From NCBI RefSeq assembly GCF_947568905.1, contig NC_079168.1, positions 14,012,001-14,076,000 of the forward strand: a DNA stretch of 64,000 bases, read 5' to 3'. The DNA is from Ostrea edulis. Lineage: Eukaryota. The notes under the pieces are model-generated. The model worked only from the letters and a program-made list of their open reading frames with translations, made no database searches and was not told the DNA's origin. Position numbers and translations under genes: made by a program. Positions 27,081 to 38,700 of this stretch are shown here, piece by piece (the first letter of the stretch is position 1; every line of letters begins with the position of its first letter).

Positions 27081-27123
27081 GTAAAGCTTTAGCGCTTTCA
27101 TTTCAAATCTTCAGAAGCTTTAC
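27081..27123 (-). ncRNA. Minimal type I hammerhead ribozyme with intact core
   Basis: GTAAAGCTT-CTGAAGA-TTTGAAAT-GAAA-GCGC-TA-AAGCTTTAC: perfect 9-bp stem I, palindromic AGCGCT stem III, CUA cleavage triplet. Confidence 0.75.
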
Positions 27124-27440
27124 ATTTAGTAACATAGCGACGTTACGTCACAAACAGCGGAACGTTAAAATTAAACAAATATAGACGTCATTACATACTG
27201 ACTGTGGAAACGTATTGTTCATTGTAAAGTAAAACAAATTTCGACGTCATAACGTCATAAGACACTGAACGTTAAAACATAGTGTTTACAGTGATGTCAT
27301 TATAAAGTAATGCGTGAAAACATTTTCATTTACAAATATAATAACGTTAAACTGAATTATTGAGTTTAGGTTTGAACATATTAATGAAATGTTTTTCCTT
27401 TTCACATCTCTGTAAACTTGTAAAATGGAAATAGTCATCT

Positions 27441-28916
27441 CTTAGACATTTTATTAAAACCGTATTGCGAATAAGTACCTAGTTTCATCAGGGATGACTT
27501 AGACTTCCTCAATCATTTACCGGACCATATACAAAATTATACGAAACTTGTGTCTTTTGATGTTGTCGGCTTATATTCAAATATACCCTTAGATCTAGGA
27601 ATTGAAGCCGTAAAATATTGGATTGAGAAATATCCTGATATCCTAAACGCTCGATTTAATCAGGATTTTGTTTTACAGGGATTGAAGATAATACTTCAGA
27701 ATAACTGTTTTGCATTTGGACACAAACATTTTCTTCAAACAAAAGGCACCGCAATGGGAACAAAAGTAGCACCGACATATGCCACATTAACCTTGGGATA
27801 CCTAGAAGAAAAACTTCATCAACAAATAATAACTCTATGGGGCGAAGAGGATGCAAAACTCATAAAATCGAAGTGGAAAAGATTTCTTGACGATTGTTTT
27901 ATTTTATGGTCTGATGACATGGATAGATTAACAATTTTTTGCAAATTACTGAACAAATTGAACCCGAATATCAAATTTACAATGGAAATCAATGATACAA
28001 AATTACCTTTTCTGGATGTGCTAGTTATTATAGAAGATACCAAACTTTCAACGGATGTCTATTACAAACCTACCGACACACACCAATACCAACATTTTGG
28101 ATCATGTCATCCACACCATACAAAAACTGCAATTCCCTACAATCTAGCTAGACGTTTATGCACAATAGTGAGTGATGTAAATACCCGAGATATTCGTTTG
28201 TTAGAACTCAGATCATACTTACAAAAACAAGGTTATCCTGATAAACTTATAGAAAACGGAATTGAAAAAGCAAAGAGTTATGACCGCTATCAACTACTAG
28301 CTACAAACAACCGGGGAAAAGACGAAGATATAATTCCATTTGTACATACACATAACCCGCGCAATAGAAATATCAACTCAATAGTTAATCAACTAAACAA
28401 TATACTGAAAGACGACCAATCAACCAAGAAAATATTCAGGAAAATAAAATTCATCAACAGCAAACGTCAACCGAAAAATCTGAAAAGAATATTATGCCCT
28501 CCATATCTTAAAGACAATCACAACGTTACCAAGTGTGGGGATCCACGATGCGGGACCTGTCACTACATCACGGAAGGATCACAATACAACTTTAACGGAC
28601 GAATATTTAAAGTCAATGCCAACATGTCGTGCGATAGCAAAAATGTCTTGTATGTCATTACTTGTCCTGTATGCAAAGAATTTTATATTGGGAAAACAAG
28701 CAACCCGCTTCGAGCTCGCGTGCGGGTCCACAAACAGCAAATCCACAATCCGGAATACAGGAAATTCAACTAAGTGAACATTTAGATGTTTGTGGACAAA
28801 AACAATTCAATATATTTCCATTTTACAAGTTTACAGGTGGAAGTGACATTCAGAGATGTGAAAAGGAAAAACATTTCATTAATATGTTTAAACCTAAACT
28901 CAATAATTCAGTTTAA
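27441..28916 (+). pseudogene. Penelope-like RT-GIY-YIG ORF, disrupted
   Basis: SFIRDDLDFL, SFDVVGLYSNIP, GTAMGTKVAP, RFLDD, LPFLD, YYKPT, GSCHP, VLYVITCPVCKEFYIGKT. There is a stop at about 27470 and a -1 frameshift at about 28760 (the frame resumes as IQLSEHLDVCG...FKPKLN). Confidence 0.9.
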
Positions 28917-29142
28917 CGTTATTATATTTGTAAATGAAAATGTTTTCACGCATTACTTTATAATGACATCACTGTAAACACTATGTTTTAACGTTCAGTG
29001 TCTTATGACGTCGAAATTTGTTTTACTTTACTATGACGTCACAATGAACAATACGTTTCCACAGTCAGTATGTAATGACGTCTATATTTGTTTAATTTTA
29101 ACGTTCCGCTGTTTGTGACGTAACATCGCTATGTTACTAAAT

Positions 29143-29185
29143 GTAAAGCTTCTGAAGATTTGAAATTAAAGCGCTAAAGCTTTAC
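29143..29185 (+). ncRNA. Second copy of the minimal hammerhead, with catalytic G12 changed to U
   Basis: Identical to 27081-27123 except GAAA is TAAA. Confidence 0.7.
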
Positions 29186-29270
29186 TAAACGTCTTCGTGT
29201 TTCTTTTTTATTTTTTACCTATACTTTTACCGATCATTGCGAAAAGTAACTATTATCTATCTATCTATAC

Positions 29271-29323
<53 letters not shown>

Positions 29324-30729
29324 CAACGAACAGTGATTGATCTCATAAATCCCATTAAGAATACAAAATTTAGAGTAAGGCAAACACGGACCCCTTGACA
29401 CACCAGAAGCGGGACCAGGTGCCTAGGAGGAGTAAGCATCCCCTGTTGACAGGTCACTCATCGTAAGCCCTCTATCTTCATCAGATATCCGTAATCAAAA
29501 TCAGTATGTAAAAACGTCCTAATAATTGGTATGAAACACGACAGCATTAACCAAACGACAGGTTGTATTTGTAAATAGGATCATTATATCGACAATGGAA
29601 TTTGCAAAATGCTGATTTCAAACTGTTGATATCCCTAGCTGTAACATCAACAATATATTGAAAAGCTTCAAGGAGGCTATACATATTCAAATTTAAGAAA
29701 ATTCACAAAGATTTTTTCAAAATTTATTTTGCACATTAAGCCCAATTCTAAATGTTGCCAACACAGAGGGATATCTACAAGTTTGAATCATTTCTTGCAT
29801 GAAAAGTGTTTTTTTTTCCCTCAGTGGTCAAATTATGGAACTGAATATCTGAGAATAAAGTACATAATTCATTCTAGGATTTTTTTTTCTCATAACAAAA
29901 CAATTTTTAAGAAGATTGTTTGTAATAAAAGCAAGGAATGGAGTCATTATGAACGGAAGTGCAATATTATACACTGTCAATTAAGAAACAATACAAGTAA
30001 TTTGACTGCAGACTTGTTTAAAGATCATGCAATTTGTAAATTATGTAATGACAATATTGAAAATGCATATCATTTTCTTTTCGAAATATGATATATGCAG
30101 ACATGAGCTTTTAATGACATGAGCTTTTAATCAGTATTAAAATCATACAAAGTACAAAACCGGTAACGTTTCCATATGAGTGAAAAATTCTCGATAGAGA
30201 CGTCAAACAGTGTAAAACCAAACAAACCCGTATCAGCTGATCTTTTACTATGTAATAGTCCTAAACTGGACTACAGTTGAATAAGTTCATTATCGACACT
30301 AAGAAAATTGTCGTATAGTCCCAATCGTTCTGTATGAATTAAAGTACAAACGTGGGTTGTGTTGATAATGTACAGTTATTTTTTCAAATTTATTTCCTTT
30401 TTTATTTAAATCGGTAGCTATATATGTGTTTCATGAATAAATATTCAATCATTGTATGAAATAGATATCAGCCAGTTGGAAATTCAATGCCTAGTGAAAA
30501 AAATTTGATAAATTGACAGTGACCCATCTTCGCTAGCCAACGAAGATGACAGCGACCTTGACCTTCAAGATTTAGGATTAGTTCAGGTTCAGACACATTA
30601 TGTGGTTCAAAACCGGAACAAAGAACCTGTTCACCTTATGCCGAGTACGAGCCCCTAATACATGCATCAATCATAAAATAGCGGCAAAAATAACAATATT
30701 ATCAACATCTGCATCTTTCGTCTGATATT

Positions 30730-31270
30730 GTTTACTTACTTATTCCTCTTCGTGCTGATCAACACATAAGGCCGTCACCAGAGACTTCCATGCTGGTCTG
30801 TCTTGTGTCCATCTCTGGACCTGATCCCATGCCCAGCTGTTCTCTTTCATTTATTTCTCCACCGATCTCCTCCATATCTCTTGTGGTCTTCCTTTCTTTC
30901 TCTTACCGGGTGGTGTCCATATCAATGCAACCCTTGGGATGAAGGTTGGATGCCTTCTACATATGTGCCTTATCCACAGCCATTTTCTCTTTCTTATTTC
31001 CTGTGATAGAGGAGTGGTGTTAGTCCTTCGGTACAGCTCTTCATTCGGTGTGGTATTTGGCCAGAAGATGCGTAGTATTCTGCGAAGACAACTGGTCTGG
31101 AAGGCATCTAGCTTGTTTGAGATGGTTTTTGTTACTTTCCAAGATTCGGCGCCATACAGGAGGACCCCAAGCACATTACTCTTAAAAATCCTAATGTTGG
31201 TGTCTGTGCTGATCTTTGTTGACCTCCAGATGTTTCGCAATGCAGCATTTGCTGTTGTGGCTTTACGCTG
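30730..31270 (-). mobile_element. 5'-truncated RTE-clade LINE 3' end
   Basis: ORF 31240-30851: IFKSNVLGVLLYGAESW...CLRRILRIFWP...WTPPGKRKKGRP; 3' end GCCTTATGTG...GAAGAGGAA(TAAG)n tail at about 30730-30745. Confidence 0.85.
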
Positions 31271-31619
31271 CTGTGATTGCTCGTCTGTCTTTTAGTGCTT
31301 TGTCCATCCTCTTTTGTGTTTGGACCACTGGAGGATCATGTAACCAACATTTGGCTGCGCCTCGGTTGGCAATGGTTTGTAGGGGTAAAAATTGTCAATG
31401 CTACGCTCAGCTACATACACAATCTGGATATATCTGTTGTAATGACTACAGGAAATATGTGCTGTTTGAAAGATTTGAAATCCAACTTACACACTCACAC
31501 GCGTACATGTGTATATACATGTATATAAAACACAGAGATTGCAATGAACTTTTCAATAAACACATCTGCCTTATGATATAAAAAGCACAACAAAATTCGC
31601 TGTATATGGTTGTCCACTT

Positions 31620-31692
31620 CCGCCCCTACCCGGGATTGAACTGGACCAAATCTAGCAGCGTGTGACCAGCGCGCTAGACCGCTCGACCATCT
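31620..31692 (-). mobile_element. tRNA-like (Ser/Leu-type) SINE head relic; partial second copy at about 31770-31797
   Basis: Minus strand AGATGGTCGAGCGGTCTAGCGCGCTGG...AGTTCAATCCCGGG with A- and B-box-like motifs; no complete cloverleaf. Confidence 0.5.
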
Positions 31693-32188
31693 ATGTAACT
31701 TTAAAAAAGTTGCTTTTGATGACGATGGAATTCTCGCCACGCTGTCACATGCTTACAGAATGAATGCTCACTTCCGCCCCTACCAGGGGTTGAACTGAGT
31801 ATATATTTTTTCCCTATTATAAAATAAAACAAAAATGATCCAACGACACGAACAATGAAAATTGTCACATTTTTTAGACAACCCGTCCTTTCTTCGGGAC
31901 AAAGAAGCCAATTGCATGTAGAAACTAAACAAAGGAACAAAAACAGCACAAAATCTAAAACTATACAGCGTCTACATTAAAGTGTGTGACTGTTGTTTGG
32001 ATATTTATTTCCAAAGGGGTCCATTGTGACAAAAATACAGTTTAATCATAAGATAGCTGTAAACGAAGGTTGAGATAGTTGAACACTTTCCGGTGAATAT
32101 TGTAAGTAGATAACACTAAACTTGATACCATGGTATCTGATCTGTGTCTTATCTCCTCTATTTACTGCTTTATTGGTGTGAGAATAAA

Positions 32189-33362
32189 ATGAACTCATTA
32201 CATAGGTTAAGACAATTTCTGTGTGTAAGGAAGTATCTAAACCATCAAGGCCTTCGGAAGCGATGCTTACACGCCTCTCGGTTCTCAATACAAGTCCCCT
32301 GTTCCAATGTGGCAGAACTAATACTGAAAGATTTCGGAAAGTTTTCCAACAGAACGGCCCTGGTGAGTCGATCGATTAGAGTACTACCAAAGAAAATCCA
32401 TATTCTTCATTTCAATGTCTTTCGTTATGTCTGTTGATTTTATTTGCAATGTTTGGTTACCGCCGGAGAGTAAATTCTTGAACACCTTTTAAGTGTAGGG
32501 GTAACATGTTAGTTACCCATAATAATGATTATCTGTATCTATTAGAAACCCAAAATAGCAAAGGTCGGGTTTTCTTTAAAGTAATGAATTATAAGTAATA
32601 ACCATAGTATTTATCTTCCAGATTGACGGGCAATCGGGTAAAACGATCTCTTACAGCGAGTTGGAATATGACGTCATCAGATATGCAGAATTGTTCCGGA
32701 AGTCGGGTATAAGAAAGGGCGAAGTTGTGTGCATCTGTGGAACAAACACAGCGGAATTCGCCCAAGTGTTTTTGGCTGCAACTGGCATTGGTGCCGCTGT
32801 TACCATAGCAAATGGACAACTTACATCACGTAAAGTTTTGACCATTTAGCAGATTAGAATTGAATCTTATTCATTTCAACATTGAATTATGACTGCACAC
32901 ACATGCGCTTGTTTCATAGACTTCGTAACCTTGCTGTCTTATCAAATAGTACAGGTTACGAAGTCTATGAAACAAACGCCTGTGACTGTAAGGCATGGTT
33001 GAAATCACATCAAACAAAATTAATGGGCAATTTAAATTAATTCGATTTTCGATTGTTTCTCTCATGTGCTGACTTAATAATTGATTTCTGTATTGACATA
33101 GGGGAATTAGCAGACCAGTTAGAGATTTCAAAAGCGAAATTTATATTCGCCACCGAGGACACATTTATCAAATGTCAACATGCACTTGCGTCGACCAGTC
33201 ATGGCAAGGTAGGAAGACTGCGTATACGTTAACGAAGTGCATATATATACAGATAGATGATATTATTGTTTTTCAAGTTACACCGAATAGCCGTAAAGCA
33301 AAACCGCTCAGCACTAAATGTGAAATCTTTATATACGTTATATATTTATATACTCTTGCGTC

Positions 33363-33414
<52 letters not shown>

Positions 33415-35587
33415 CATACTTGTACATAACTCACATTAAGATTAAAATATACTCTAACCATGTCATTACAGCACGTATTTCATATTGGCAAGGGGGAAAT
33501 GTCATCCCTGCTACCCAATTCAATCCCTGTCGACAGGTTCTCTTTCCTTGACGATGAAGTCGGGGATGATGATATAGCTCTGGTGCCATTTTCCAGTGGA
33601 ACAACAGGCTTACCCAAAGGAGTAGAGCTCACACACGGCAATCTGACTGCGCAGCTCAGTCAAATAAGGTACATACTGTTCCTCAAAAAAGCATGATTAT
33701 TTTTTGTATGCCAAGGTCAATCAACTATTTTGCCTTTTCAGACACCGTACAGTTCTAGCGTTAGACTCCGGTGATGACGTTGTGATTACGATGTTGCCTA
33801 TGGTACATATAGCGGGACTGATGATAGGGTTATTGAATCCACTGGCACAGGGCGTTACGGTCGTCATCCTCCCGAAATTCGTACCGGAGGAATTCCTCCA
33901 CTCTATTCAGAAATACAGGGTACACTGCTTTGTCAACTATGTAGAAAGGAGACAAGTCCTGTTCTTTAAAAAGTAATCATACATTATATTGTGGAGATCT
34001 GAATTACAGGGAACATTCTCATTACTTGCTCCACCAGTGGTCAACTTTCTGGCCAATGACCCGATGGTGGACAGGTACGATCTGTCTAGTCTACGCGACC
34101 CATACAGTGGAGCCTCAACTCTGGGCAAGGAACTGACGGAGAAAATGGTAGAACGGTTGAAATTAGACGGCATCAGACAAGGTACAAGTCTTCAATCGCC
34201 ACTAAATACAATTTATGTGATGATGATTTTTTTTTAATTATCAATTGAGATGTAGATCAATATCTTCGAAAAACACTTAAATACAATGAGAGACTTCGTG
34301 GATCTGACAGATATTGATTTTGATATGCGTTTTATTCTTCTGTAGGATATGGGATGTCGGAGACCAGTCCAGTTGTAATGACGGATCCACCAGGAAACAA
34401 ACGATATGGATCCATTGGTCGACCAATTCCCGCCACCACTGCAAAGGTACACGTACATGCAAGATCAGTGGCGGATTAAAGGAGAGCCAATCTTATTTCC
34501 GCCATTGAAGATGGGGCGATAGTCTTCAACACTCGTATGACCATTTCACATTTGCAACCAACTGTTTCTATTAAGCCAAAACTAGCATATTCTAATAGTA
34601 AATGTGCAATAAAAATAACAAATTTTCTTCTCTTGTTCAAGCTAGTTGATCCAAATTCGGAATTCGATGTCATGAATTCGGGAGAACATGGAGAAATTTG
34701 GGTCAGAGGTCCACAGGTCATGAAAGGCTACATAGGGCAACCACAATCAACACAGAGCGCCATTACAGAGGATGGCTGGTTTAAAACTGGTGAGCACATC
34801 TTTTAGTTCAACTCAATTATTCATCAGGTTACATTGCTCACTTCTCTTCTCAACTCTTCACAACTCCCCCGTCTACCACAGGTGATGTTGGTTACTTTGA
34901 CAAAGACGGAAATTATTTTGTTGTGGACAGGATAAAGGATATCATCAAATACAAAGGATATCAGGTATCCATTTATCTTCAGTAACACCGACACTCGGAT
35001 TACTCATTAAAACTCTGAAACTTTCTCACCACACCATTAATTTAAAAAATCACCCTAGATATATTTATCAATAATGTTAAATGAAGTGACATGTTTCATT
35101 TGAACAAGATTGCCCCTGCTTATCTGGAGAACATATTGATGACCCACCCCTGCGTGAGAGAGGCGGCGGTCATCGGCGAGCCTGCTGGAATTTACGGGGA
35201 GGTTCCCAGGGCATACGTCATCCCTTCATCTCCTGTGTCTAAGGAAACGCTCATCAATTACGTCAATGGTAAGATTCTGCATAAGCATTCTTAAATTATT
35301 TTGTTTCAATGTTATCTACAATAAAAAGACAAAAAATTCTAAACCAATCAATATTAGTGATGATGAAATATAAAATATTTCTAGATGTTATCTTTTAGAG
35401 ATGTAACATTATTCTGACAGTGATGCGTCTACATTATGAAACTTAATTAAATGATTCCAATTTTCACTCTACAGAACAAGTGGCACCCTACAGACGATTA
35501 CGGGGAGGATTGGTTTTTACGGATGAGATTCCCAAATCACCCAGTGGAAAAATTCTCAGACGATTCATACAATCCAAACAAACATGA
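32189..35587 (+). CDS. 4-coumarate-CoA ligase-like / firefly luciferase-like acyl-CoA synthetase (ANL superfamily), 546 aa, 11 exons
   Basis: Exons 32189-32362, 32622-32829, 33102-33208, 33472-33668, 33742-33919, 34010-34181, 34346-34446, 34642-34789, 34882-34964, 35109-35268, 35475-35587; all GT-AG and in frame (1641 nt). Motifs [74 protein letters not shown]. Confidence 0.93.
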
Positions 35588-35736
35588 AACCACATAGTAG
35601 TGTCATTAGTTTACTTTCACTTCACTGCCAACTTTCACTTTGTAACTCATAATTAAATGTCTCCTCTTTCATGTTAACATGTCAATCTTTATGTCTGTCA
35701 GCTGACAGTGTGTTAGTTGACTAGAAGACTCTGTGA

Positions 35737-38700
35737 TCATATCTCTTCATCTTCTCTCTGCATTTCTTCAATCAATCTCTTCCTCTCCTCTGCCTGCCTG
35801 AGTTTATGCAAGACTAAACTCTCAAAGTCTCGTGCACTTGTTGTGGCACTTGCATTGTAGGATGAGAAGTCATTCTTTAAACAACAAAACAAAAAGCATT
35901 AGTTGTTGGAAAATAAGAAAGCATTGTGTCTGAGTGAATAATATAACAATACACAATTGTTGTCATAATATTACTAATTATACAAGTATTATCAAATACT
36001 GCCAAAACTCTTTCTTGCTCAAAGATAAACGTTATACATGTAATACAACATGTGTTTGTAAAACATAATGCCCCTAAACAGGGTTACATTCAATTTAGGC
36101 AAACTTGACCTCAACCTTCATGGATGACATTGACCTTCAGCAATCAAACAGTATTGACCTTGACCTTTCAGTTCATGAAATATGAAGTTTCTGCCTTGTA
36201 TAGCATAGCATAAAAGTTATGAACAAGGTTAGGATTGCAAACAGATAGAGATCAACACACTAAAAACAATTTGCCAAGACTATAATGAACTTTCATATCA
36301 AGGGCATTTAAAAATATCTTTGAAATATTATAAAGTTTGTATAAAGGGAAATTCAGACTCTCTTAAACGGACTGATTCACAATTTTCCCTCAAATTTTGT
36401 TTTTCACTTTAAATGATCAAAATATACAGTCTAATATGTTTAGAAGGTTTCACAAAAAAATTAATGTTATTCATCATGACAAAAGTTCATTATAGAGAGT
36501 TTATTTGTTTTGAAAACAAAGATTGAGGTGTGTTATTGTTTACGAGGTTTTCAAAATAAATGGATATTGGTCCAAGTTTATTATATATATATCACACCTC
36601 AAGTATACTTTAGGTAAAATGTGTCATTTTTAAAAAAAACTTAAAATTTGTGATTGTACAAAATGACGATGCTTTAAATTACAAAATTAATGTTTCACTG
36701 GTTTGTTAACATAAAATGACTAGAGTCTTTGTTTACATAACACAGAATCAAAGCTAAAATATTGCTCTTATTCTTGCATTCAGGCAGTCCAAATTTTTGG
36801 TTGTCAACATTAAATGAGTTATATTTCTAACATCAAAAATGAAAAATATTTCTTTCGAAAAACGTGAACCAGTCCCTTTAACATGCGGAACTGGTTATTT
36901 GTATAGTGTCTTAGTTCAATTGAGTTTTGTAAATTTGAAATTCCACTTTTCACATGAATACTCACACTTGCAAAACTGGCAGCTACATATTGTGGCCCTA
37001 AGTGTGTGTTTAAGTCTCCCGGTGGCTGTGTTTTCTCTGGAGGAGGCAGTATCCATGACAATGATAGAGGATTGCTCAGTAAACCTTTCTCAAGTTCTTT
37101 GGCATTTTCCTGTAGATTTGAGTTTCGATATTTAAGGAAGATATTAAACATTTACTGCTTAAATAAAAGTACTTCATGATAAATACACAATTATACCAAG
37201 AAAAATATGAGTAAATTTTCATTTTCAAAAGATTTATACAAGTAAATGGTTTTAATACCTTGCATTTCAATGCATAAAAGGTATACTTATCATTACATTC
37301 ATCTGTCCAATTATTATAAAATCTGTCCATTTACTTACTGCATCTGTCCATTTACTAATACTATATCTGTCCATTTATCATCCATTTACTTCCTGCATCT
37401 GTCCATTTATCATCCATTTACTTACTCAATCTTTCCACTTATTATATAGCTAATAAATAATCTATTATAAAATCTGCGTAAAATCTAGAGAATGTTAGCG
37501 TTAAATATCCTGAGAATTTATTGAACGCTAACTTTGCATTGCGTAAAATGTATGCGCCCGAAACATTCCGAGTATGAGCGTTCAATATTGACGTTACCAT
37601 AACGACGTAAACAAGCCAAAATGGCAGACGACAGTCCTCTGAATCTGACAGAGCCGGTATTTGATATTTACTTAAGCAAAATGTTTTACTGTACAAAAAT
37701 TATGATTTCCCCATTTACAAAATCAGTTTGCTTCATGCATTCATGACGGGTTGAATATTGAACAGTTAAGAAATGCATGCTGTTATTGCACAGCTGCACC
37801 TTCACCTTAAATGCCAATATTGATGAATTCTTGTCTATTTTGGAGTAGTTTGAGTGAAAAGGGATATAATTTAACAACTAAATACTTTAGCTATATAATA
37901 AAAGGGTTATTGAACTTATATAGGTGAATGTTGGCACTCGTTGGCTGTCAAAATCCACTCGCAAGTTCGTGCAATTTTACAGCCAACTTGTGCCAATATT
38001 CACCAATATAAGTTCAATAACCCTACATTATCCTCCATTTACATACTGTATCTATCCATTTACTTACTACATGTATATCTGTCCATTTATCATCCATTTA
38101 CTTACTGCATCTGTCCATTTATCATCCATTTACTTACTATATCTGTCCATTTATCATCCATTTACTTACTATATCTGTCCATTTATCATCCATTTACTTA
38201 CTATATCTGTCCATTTATCATCCATTTACTTCCTGCATCTGTCCATTTATCATCCATTTACTTACTATATCTGTCCATTTATCATCCATTTACTTCCTAT
38301 ATCTGTCCATTTAACATCCATTTGCTTACTATATCTGTCCATTTATCATCCATTTACTTACTATATCTGTCCATTTATCATCCATTTACTTACTATATCT
38401 GTCCATTTATCATCCATTTACTTCCTGCATCTGTCCATTTATCATTCATTTACTTACTGTATCTATCAATTTACTTACTATATCTGTCCATTTATCATCC
38501 ATTTACTTACTGCATCTGTCCATTTATCATCCATTTACTTACTATATCTGTCCATTTATCATCCATTTACTTACTATATCTGTCCATTTAACATCCATTT
38601 GCTTACTATATCTGTCCATTTATCATCCATTTACTTCCTGCATCTGTCCATTTATCATCCATTTACTTACTCAATCTGTCCATTTATCAACCATTTACAT

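Larger units (their letters stand above)
27066..29200 (+). mobile_element. 5'-truncated Penelope-like element (RT + GIY-YIG) with an inverted pseudo-LTR at its 5' end
   Basis: 27066-27433 is the reverse complement of 28813-29200 (one 17-bp deletion); the coding part begins abruptly at about 27440. Confidence 0.9.
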
